Origin: a virus
Lineage: Duplodnaviria; Heunggongvirae; Uroviricota; Caudoviricetes
IMG/VR virus record: IMGVR_UViG_3300012979_000028
Coordinates: 1-21,984 of that record
DNA length: 21,984 bases
Reading direction: 5' to 3' (one strand)
Shown here: positions 9,047 through 15,299 of the stretch, in pieces
Layout of the letters: each line of letters starts with the position of its first letter
How positions within the stretch are numbered: the first letter of the stretch is position 1
The notes under the pieces: generated by a model
The model's input: only the letters and a program-made list of their open reading frames with translations
Told to the model about the DNA's origin: nothing
Database searches by the model: none
Program-made: the position numbers and the translations under genes

Positions 9047-9583
9047 TTACTTTTTATCTTTTTTATACACATGAACCATAAAGCCTAAGAGAGTTCCATA
9101 AGTTAATATTGAATCCCACTCTTTTTTGAAAATTTCCATAATACACTTCTTAGCTTGTTCTGAATTGCTATATTCCTGTTCTAAGAGAGCTTTAATAGTT
9201 ACGTGATTGAAAGTTGTGTTTTGCTGAGATATACATTGAACCTGCTCCTCTAGGTCTTCTTTACACAATGACTCAAAGCTTCTCGTCGGATGACTCAGCT
9301 TTAGTGCAAATAATGATTCAAATAATATACTAGCATCATCAGTATAATCTCCAGACTCTATACTTTCTTTTATTCTAACCCCAGATGTACTTAAATTATT
9401 ATTATTATTCTCAGGCTCCTCTTTAAATTCCCAGTCTAAGATTCCAGGGAGAGAAGATAGTTTTTTATAAGTAGCGCCAGAATCTTCCATCTCAATTTCT
9501 AGGTCAGCATTTTCCACAGATAGTTCCTTTAATACTTCCGTAGCTGATACAGAGTCCACTTTAATTATTATTTTTCTTTTCAT
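9047..9583 (-). CDS. Hypothetical protein
   Basis: 178-aa ORF with plausible ATG and A-rich leader; no recognised motif. Confidence 0.7.
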   Translation of the reverse strand: MKRKIIIKVDSVSATEVLKELSVENADLEIEMEDSGATYKKLSSLPGILDWEFKEEPENNNNNLSTSGVRIKESIESGDYTDDASILFESLFALKLSHPTRSFESLCKEDLEEQVQCISQQNTTFNHVTIKALLEQEYSNSEQAKKCIMEIFKKEWDSILTYGTLLGFMVHVYKKDKK

Positions 9584-9591
9584 AATTTTAT

Positions 9592-10476
9592 TTATTTTCT
9601 GAGTCTCGGGATAAGTTCTTTGATAATACCTTTTTGTTCTATATGAGTTTTAGGAACAAAGTGATCTAGAGACTCAAATCCCTTCTTTGTCATAGTAGTT
9701 TTTGGTATATCTTTTATAATATCTTGTTGACTTAAGAAATTATTACTTCTTTTATTTTGTTTTCCGTAAAGAAATTCATGAAGTTCCTTAGTCATTTCAA
9801 AATTTCCTTTATGTGCTCTTAGATATTTCCTCAACTTTCTAGCATCTGTGTCATGAGTATATTGGCTAGGACTTAAGAAAACTTTACTACCCGCCTGTAC
9901 TTTAGGAGATTGTATGACTAGTTCTCCTGTATCAGACCCTCTGCACAGTACATGATCTTTGCCATCTACCATGAACATTATAGGATTTCTAGTCTTTTTA
10001 TAACTAATACTTGTAGCAGTTCCATTCCCTTCATGTAATCCATCTATATTTTGAATAAGTTCTTCTGGTTTATTAGGGGCTGAAATTGATCCACCACTTA
10101 TAATAGGTTGTACAAAAGATTCATGACCACCTCTTTTTATATACTCAGCTGCTTTATGTTCTGGTGAGTTTTTAGAGGATTTTGTAATAACTGTATCTAA
10201 TAAAGGTCTTCCAACTCTATCCGTTCTATTCTTATAAGCCTCTACTAATTCTTTATCAAATTTACCTAGATCTTGATTTACTAGAAGATCACTAGTTGTT
10301 GGAAATACTGAAAGCCCTATTCTAGAATTTATACTTCCATCCTTCATTATTCCAATAGCACTTTTAGGAGTAGTATAGTGATCCATCCAATGGTCTCCTG
10401 TAACTGGAGTAGCTGGTTTAACACTAGATGATCTATTTTTCTTAGAATGGAAAGTTTTCTGTCTGTATATTATCAT
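9592..10476 (-). CDS. Tag-bearing (MIIYRQKTFH) protein, possible ADP-ribosyltransferase fold
   Basis: HYTTPKSAIGIMKDGSINS resembles the HYT...I..G.I.S start of HYD-type ART domains; later ATSISY and GELVI could be the other core strands. The ORF is solid; the function is tentative. Confidence 0.4.
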   Translation of the reverse strand: MIIYRQKTFHSKKNRSSSVKPATPVTGDHWMDHYTTPKSAIGIMKDGSINSRIGLSVFPTTSDLLVNQDLGKFDKELVEAYKNRTDRVGRPLLDTVITKSSKNSPEHKAAEYIKRGGHESFVQPIISGGSISAPNKPEELIQNIDGLHEGNGTATSISYKKTRNPIMFMVDGKDHVLCRGSDTGELVIQSPKVQAGSKVFLSPSQYTHDTDARKLRKYLRAHKGNFEMTKELHEFLYGKQNKRSNNFLSQQDIIKDIPKTTMTKKGFESLDHFVPKTHIEQKGIIKELIPRLRK

Positions 10477-11212
10477 AAGTATTTCTTAATTAGTTCTATT
10501 TGTTTATTAATAAAAGTCTTGACTGCTTTTATTTCATCAGTAGTAGTATATTCATCACCCTCAGTAAATCCACTCCACTCTGATGCCTCTCGCCCTAACA
10601 TTTCTAGTAATTTTCCCTTGACATTAGGAACATTCTTACCATCACAGCTTATAGTCTTTGTCTTAAAATCATAGCTGAATTTGTAAATATCGCAATCGCA
10701 TCCTACCCAAGCGAAAATATTAGCAACAGGATTTTTATTTTCTTCGATACATTTTAAGACTTGAGCTAATATTTCATCTTCAGTCCAAGTATACATTCCA
10801 GGATCTACACCATCACCAAAATAAGGATAAGTTCCACTATTTCTAAGCTGTTCCTCTATAGTTTTAACTTTTGTATAGATTGATGGTAGGTTACCTAGAA
10901 TATCTTTGATCCAAGGGTAAGTTTTACTAGCCTCCTCAATTTCTCTATTCTGTTCAGCTTCTATTTTCTTCTTTTCATCTTCATCTTTAACATACGAATC
11001 GTGACCTAGAAGTTTATAGATTAAGGCTGCTGCACCTATACCTGCCCCTATTCCACCAATTATTGAAGCTTTCTTACTTAATCCTAATTTCTCCTTCAAA
11101 AAATAACTTCCAAATATAGAGCTTAGTAAACCGACAGTTCCTCCAACTTCTATAGGTCCTCTTTTACCTTTTTCCAATCTATATTACTAAATTGTTTTCT
11201 TAATATTTTCAT
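10473..11212 (-). pseudogene. Frameshifted gene: tag-bearing protein with Gly-rich N-terminal membrane hairpin
   Basis: ATG 11212 reads MKILRKQFSNIDWKKVKEDL* (TAG 11152-11150). The -1 frame carries the 234-aa tracked ORF (...IEVGGTVGLLSSIFG...). Span 740 nt, one base short of a multiple of 3. Its stop overlaps the next ATG (ATGA). Confidence 0.6.
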
Positions 11213-11216
11213 TTTA

Positions 11217-11792
11217 TTATAACGGTATATTTTGATTATTACTTTGCATATCCTGAAATTTCTGTAAGAATCCACCAGCACTAAGGAGAACATCTTTTAC
11301 ACTAGTTTTTCCAGTTAACAAAGGGACATTATATTTCTCACAGTATAATCTTATCTGACTATACATTACATGCTGATCTCCACATCTTACTATCAATTTT
11401 CCACTCTGTAGATTACTTCCAAATTCTAAGATAGGTGATAGAGATTGAGATTTATTCATAATGTTAAGGAATACAATATCTGCCATATCCTGACTAGACA
11501 TTCTCCATTGCATAGTTTGAACGAATGCAGGATTATCTAGGTTTGGAGCGGCAGGAGATTGAAAAGGAACATGAGGATTAAAAATTATCCAGTTAGTGTT
11601 CTTATACATCAATAAACCTTTAAGCGGATCAGTCAAGTTAACCATGGCATTACAAAATTTAGTCTGCCAATCATTATCAGCACTACCAAAATCCATAGTA
11701 CCTCCTAAGTATAGTTTAATAGCTCCTTCTGCCATCTGAGGAACTTGGTCTCCTGGATTTAGTACTGTTATTTTATCACTAAGTTGTATCAT
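11217..11792 (-). CDS. Nucleoside 2-deoxyribosyltransferase-like protein (Nuc_deoxyri_tr2-type)
   Basis: LYLGGTM...DWQ...IFNP...QW...ADIV...SPILEFG...LIVRC...YCEKYNVP pattern. Start moved to ATG 11792 because a terminator lies at 11800-11840. Confidence 0.75.
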   Translation of the reverse strand: MIQLSDKITVLNPGDQVPQMAEGAIKLYLGGTMDFGSADNDWQTKFCNAMVNLTDPLKGLLMYKNTNWIIFNPHVPFQSPAAPNLDNPAFVQTMQWRMSSQDMADIVFLNIMNKSQSLSPILEFGSNLQSGKLIVRCGDQHVMYSQIRLYCEKYNVPLLTGKTSVKDVLLSAGGFLQKFQDMQSNNQNIPL

Positions 11793-11799
11793 ATGTTTT

Positions 11800-11840
11800 A
11801 AAAAATAAATAGGCAAAGACTGTTTTATCAATCCTTGCCG
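11800..11840 (-). terminator. Intrinsic terminator
   Basis: GGCAAGGA...TCTTTGCC stem followed by TATTTATTTTTT on the minus strand. Confidence 0.6.
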
Positions 11841-11858
11841 TTGTTTTGTTATCTCTTC

Positions 11859-12425
11859 TTATTTACCTGTCCAATTTACACATTCTAGTTTTCCAGAGTA
11901 TAATTTTCGTAGACCCTTTATATCTTTATTTCTGATCATAATTACAGCATCTACATACTCGGAAGTTCCATACTCTAGCTCATACTGATTAAATTCATAT
12001 GAACTCTTTGACATCGACTTATACTCATCAAAAGACTTAATGAATAAAAGGTTTCTCTTTGCCTTTACAGCTTCAACAACTTCTTCACTCATCATCTCAA
12101 TATCATAGCCAGTAAGTGGAATAAATTCTGTAGACATTAATTTCTTCTTTATAGCAAACTCATCAAAGAAATCGAGCTGCTCTACAAAGACTGGATCTAA
12201 TGAATATGCAACCATTCTATCATTAACATCAACACATTTCTGGCTACTAACTGGAAGTTGAATCTCAGCTCCTTTACTACCAATTTTATTTACTGATAGT
12301 CCTGGGATACCTCCTTTATACCCCATTATCATTGACTTAAAATTAGGAAAGTAATCAGCTAATAAAGGCGATTCTAACGTAATAGCTATAGCATTCTCCT
12401 TAAGCTTCATTTCTACAACTTTCAT
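11859..12425 (-). CDS. Hypothetical protein
   Basis: 188-aa ORF preceded by motif CTTATAATTG. Confidence 0.7.
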   Translation of the reverse strand: MKVVEMKLKENAIAITLESPLLADYFPNFKSMIMGYKGGIPGLSVNKIGSKGAEIQLPVSSQKCVDVNDRMVAYSLDPVFVEQLDFFDEFAIKKKLMSTEFIPLTGYDIEMMSEEVVEAVKAKRNLLFIKSFDEYKSMSKSSYEFNQYELEYGTSEYVDAVIMIRNKDIKGLRKLYSGKLECVNWTGK

Positions 12426-12455
12426 ACGCTATTTTATTTTATAAGTTATTTTCTA

Positions 12456-12465
12456 CAATTATAAG
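12456..12465 (-). promoter_or_regulatory. Promoter motif CTTATAATTG
   Basis: Matches the recurrent 10-mer, 30 nt upstream of ATG 12425. Confidence 0.55.
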
Positions 12466-12477
12466 AAAACTAGCCTT

Positions 12478-13035
12478 TTATTTTCCCATTTTATGTATAT
12501 TCCCTAAAAAATTAAACGGTCGAAATGGCTTGGGATTCTGCGACTTCATATACTCCACTAATTCCTTAAACTTCGTCTTTTGCTGTGATTCTTTCTCTAA
12601 GTTCCTAATCCTAAATGTAGTTATTCCTATCCTTTTTAAGTATTCATCTCTAGCTCTATCTTTTTCTTCAGAGTGGTAATCAGAGTCTAGTTCTACACAT
12701 AACATTAACTCCGGGAAGAAATAATCAAGTAAAAAGAAACCTCCCTCTACAGATTCCCTTATTACATTCTGAATTATAATAGGAAATTCTCTAAAAACAG
12801 TCAACGGATTAAAATAACCAACATTAATAAAGGCATCAAATATCTTAGCTTGTGTACTCCTCTTCGATAATTGCTTCTTTCTAGTGAACTTCTTTATACT
12901 CTTCGGATTCGGATAAATTATACTCTTTACGTTAAATATATGCCCCTTCTCTGAAACTGAATACACCGGATAGGATTGACCAGGGATATCAGGGAAAACA
13001 AAGGTCTCTAGGTAATTTATATCTTTCTTCTTCAT
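12478..13035 (-). CDS. Vsr/DUF559-like PD-(D/E)XK endonuclease
   Basis: LLDYFFPELMLCVELDSDYH...DRARDEYLKRIGITTFRI matches the family pattern. Confidence 0.75.
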   Translation of the reverse strand: MKKKDINYLETFVFPDIPGQSYPVYSVSEKGHIFNVKSIIYPNPKSIKKFTRKKQLSKRSTQAKIFDAFINVGYFNPLTVFREFPIIIQNVIRESVEGGFFLLDYFFPELMLCVELDSDYHSEEKDRARDEYLKRIGITTFRIRNLEKESQQKTKFKELVEYMKSQNPKPFRPFNFLGNIHKMGK

Positions 13036-13050
13036 AATAAAAAATAAAAA

Positions 13051-13085
13051 TAAAAGAGCTATAATACTAGACTATAACTCTTTTT
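13051..13085 (-). terminator. Intrinsic terminator
   Basis: AAAAGAGCTATA/TATAACTCTTTT hairpin directly after the stop of 13091..13696. Confidence 0.6.
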
Positions 13086-13090
13086 AAATT

Positions 13091-13696
13091 TTAATTTCCT
13101 CCAACAAGATCAGGATTTTCCTCCTCCTCAACAACTGGTACAATCTTTTCTACTACAGTTACAGTCACAGTTTGAGTCTTGATATTATCTGGGTCTGTAA
13201 TATCATAAGCAGTTACAGTTGATGTTCCTGGATTTACTGCATACAACACATTATTAGTAACATGACATACATCAATCTCTACTCCTTCTACTGTGTCCTT
13301 TGTTACCTCCCATACAAGTACTGGTAAATTTTTTGTGCTAGGAACTGGAGTAATTACAAACTTATGAACATCTCCAGCAACAATTGTAAGCTCTGATACT
13401 CCTAGTGAAAAACTTGTAGGCTTGTGTGCATCTGAGTCGTAAACATCAATATCGTCCGGCTCTTTAAAAGTACCATGCTCTAGATTATTTAGCTTACCAT
13501 TATATGCAAGTACTTCATTAACAGACTCTGGTGCATATCCTAGCCCTGGTTCTGTGCTCTCTGGATAAATTCCTGATTCCACTACAAGCACACCATTATC
13601 TCCCTGATGCTGACATACACTAAAGCCATTTACTTCTCTAACTGTAAAGTCATTACCACTCTCATTTCCGTGGTTGTGATTTAATTCATCTGCCAT
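13091..13696 (-). CDS. Acidic protein with C-terminal Ig-like (Big_2-type) domain; possible virion decoration protein
   Basis: SFSLGVSELTIVAG...VITPVP...VWEV...LYAVNPGTSTVTA...TVTVTVV. Confidence 0.65.
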   Translation of the reverse strand: MADELNHNHGNESGNDFTVREVNGFSVCQHQGDNGVLVVESGIYPESTEPGLGYAPESVNEVLAYNGKLNNLEHGTFKEPDDIDVYDSDAHKPTSFSLGVSELTIVAGDVHKFVITPVPSTKNLPVLVWEVTKDTVEGVEIDVCHVTNNVLYAVNPGTSTVTAYDITDPDNIKTQTVTVTVVEKIVPVVEEEENPDLVGGN

Positions 13697-13718
13697 TTTT
13701 ATTTTCTATTTTTAAGGT

Positions 13719-14330
13719 TTATAATTTTAAGTCATCCCAAGTTGATCTTCCAGTATTTCCTTTATTCCAACTTAAGAAGTCTGGGTCAATTCCTTCTAAT
13801 AACTCCGTTGCATGAATTAACTGAACTAGACAATCTGAACATAATACTACATCAGACTCAGTACTTCCGAATGATAGATACTCTCGATTGGTCTCCTCTA
13901 TTGTTCCTGGATTTTTACGTATCATATCATCCCAGACATCCTTCTCATACAACACTTTTCCACATATACAACAATCATCCGTCTCTCTACCCTCTAATGG
14001 AAAAACTTTTGTAGGATCCGAAAATGCATGAATAAGGTGACGAATAAACTTTCCATACTGCTCTGTTCTAAATGCCTCTACTATTAACGTCGCCTCTGAT
14101 GTATTCGGTTGTAACGTTCCGAGAAGAGGTATCCCAAAAGCTGCTCTAAATGCTTGTACTCTGGATGGAAGCTCTCTATCACCTAATACTCTTGGATAAA
14201 CATACGCATAGATTAAGTTCTTCTCTTCTCTACTAAGCTTACTACATGATCCGATGAGTTTTCCTCCTTCTTCTTTGCCGATTTTGTTAGCTATTAAGTA
14301 ATCGACATACTCTTTTACATTGATTGCCAT
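13719..14330 (-). CDS. Hypothetical protein with putative Zn-binding CxxC pairs
   Basis: CCICGK and CSDC motifs. Confidence 0.7.
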   Translation of the reverse strand: MAINVKEYVDYLIANKIGKEEGGKLIGSCSKLSREEKNLIYAYVYPRVLGDRELPSRVQAFRAAFGIPLLGTLQPNTSEATLIVEAFRTEQYGKFIRHLIHAFSDPTKVFPLEGRETDDCCICGKVLYEKDVWDDMIRKNPGTIEETNREYLSFGSTESDVVLCSDCLVQLIHATELLEGIDPDFLSWNKGNTGRSTWDDLKL

Positions 14331-14356
14331 CTCGTTTATAAGAAATTTGTTATTAT

Positions 14357-14395
14357 TTTACATCTATAAGGCATTTAAAATCTTATATATGTAAA
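14357..14395. promoter_or_regulatory. Back-to-back promoter motifs forming a 14-bp inverted repeat
   Basis: TTTACATCTATAAG (14357-14370) and CTTATATATGTAAA (14382-14395), 13/14 match, 11-nt spacer, between divergent genes. Confidence 0.7.
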
Positions 14396-14415
14396 TTTTA
14401 AAAAAAAAATATAAC

Positions 14416-14679
14416 ATGAAAGAGTTTATTTTAAAAGGCGCTATTCCAGGCTTCATTAGATGTCTATGTCTGGCAATAAGTTTTGTAATTTCATTTAATG
14501 CACTAATTACTTCAAACCTGGAAACTATAACTTGGGATACAGCAAAGTTAATAGGCTTGGTGATTCTAGGGATATTTAATTACAATCTCTATGGACAACA
14601 TCTCATTACAGACTTAAGTAAAACTTTAGGAATGATTGGAGTTACTGTAGTCTCATTAGGTTTGTTCGGTTTCTGTTAA
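14416..14679 (+). CDS. Small multi-pass membrane protein (about 3 TM)
   Basis: Three hydrophobic segments in 87 aa; own promoter motif and terminator; occupies an otherwise gene-free gap. Confidence 0.65.
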   Translation: MKEFILKGAIPGFIRCLCLAISFVISFNALITSNLETITWDTAKLIGLVILGIFNYNLYGQHLITDLSKTLGMIGVTVVSLGLFGFC

Positions 14680-14688
14680 AAAATAATT

Positions 14689-14728
14689 GAGAAGAGGATT
14701 AAAAAACTTTCCCCTTCTCTTTTTTTTA
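14689..14728. terminator. Bidirectional terminator
   Basis: GAGAAGAGGA/TCCCCTTCTC imperfect stem plus T-tract between convergent genes. Confidence 0.6.
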
Positions 14729-14986
14729 TTTCTTCCATAACTCTTGTATCCAGCTTCTTAAATTTTTCCACCAACCATCTTCTCCATAACAGTGAATTAC
14801 AGGAATAGGTTGTCCAGTTACAGAATCTTTTTCCACAATCCATTTACTAGACTCTATCTTCCAAAGCGTCTTATAACCAAAATCTCCGACTGTAGTTATA
14901 ACCTTGATTAGAATAATAACCTCAAGAACTATTGATGCAAATATAAGCCAGATAGTTCCTAGTACATACATAAACTTTCTTATCAT
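14726..14986 (-). CDS. Small membrane protein (N-terminal TM)
   Basis: FMYVLGTIWLIFASIVLEVIILI; preceded by motif CTTATAAGTA (15016-15007). Confidence 0.65.
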   Translation of the reverse strand: MIRKFMYVLGTIWLIFASIVLEVIILIKVITTVGDFGYKTLWKIESSKWIVEKDSVTGQPIPVIHCYGEDGWWKNLRSWIQELWKK

Positions 14987-15020
14987 AATATTATATAATT
15001 TTTATCTACTTATAAGGATT

Positions 15021-15209
15021 GAAAAAAAAAATAACTCCAATGGAAATGTTGATCAGTAAGAGTATTATAAATTCATTTTAATATATAGAAGTAACTAAAT
15101 CAACTAAGCCATTGGAGCTAGAGATAGATAGGATATGTCAATCAGTAATTAAATATAATACCTTATTTGAATAGAAGTAACTAAACTGACTAAGCCTCTC
15201 TTCTCTATT
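15021..15209 (-). ncRNA. Putative structured ncRNA of two tandem ~90-nt hairpin units
   Basis: No ORF; lies between promoter motif CTTATAAGTG (15225-15216) and a U-tract. The two units share GGCUUAGUnnnUUUAGUUACUUCUAU and ACUGAUnnACAU and show compensatory stem changes. Confidence 0.65.
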
Positions 15210-15215
15210 ATCTAT

Positions 15216-15290
15216 CACTTATAAGATATTGCCGGGATTTGAAAAGTAGAAAAAAAAATAGAGAGCTAAACAAATCTGCCTAACTCTCTA
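15216..15290 (-). promoter_or_regulatory. Terminator (15250-15290) plus promoter motif CTTATAAGTG (15225-15216)
   Basis: TAGAGAGTTA/TAGCTCTCTA stem plus T-tract, then the motif. Confidence 0.65.
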
Positions 15291-15299
15291 ATCTTTATT

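Noticed and set aside
10473-11000. SMI1/KNR4-like immunity domain in the C-terminal part of the frameshifted gene
   Set aside because: Only LPSIY and a late aromatic strand resemble the family, which is too weak to call by eye.
7116-11152. TAG recoding (Lak- or crAss-type code 15) as the explanation for the two TAG-terminated leader peptides
   Set aside because: Reading through TAG meets TAA within 4 and 9 codons and does not join the cargo frames. TAG also serves as the apparent stop at 20465 and 21259, and the long genes are intact in code 11.
14357-14728. Invertible (phase-variable) segment around the lone plus-strand gene
   Set aside because: The inverted repeat is local (11-nt spacer) and does not flank the gene; no recombinase gene is seen.
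15031-15207. Mini CRISPR array or ordinary terminators
   Set aside because: There are only two units, the conserved segments pair across the variable region rather than alternating repeat and spacer, and no cas gene is in view. The ~65-nt structured inserts are too large for plain terminators.
15031-15207. Hammerhead or other known small ribozyme
   Set aside because: No CUGAnGA/GAAA core or three-way junction is apparent on either strand.
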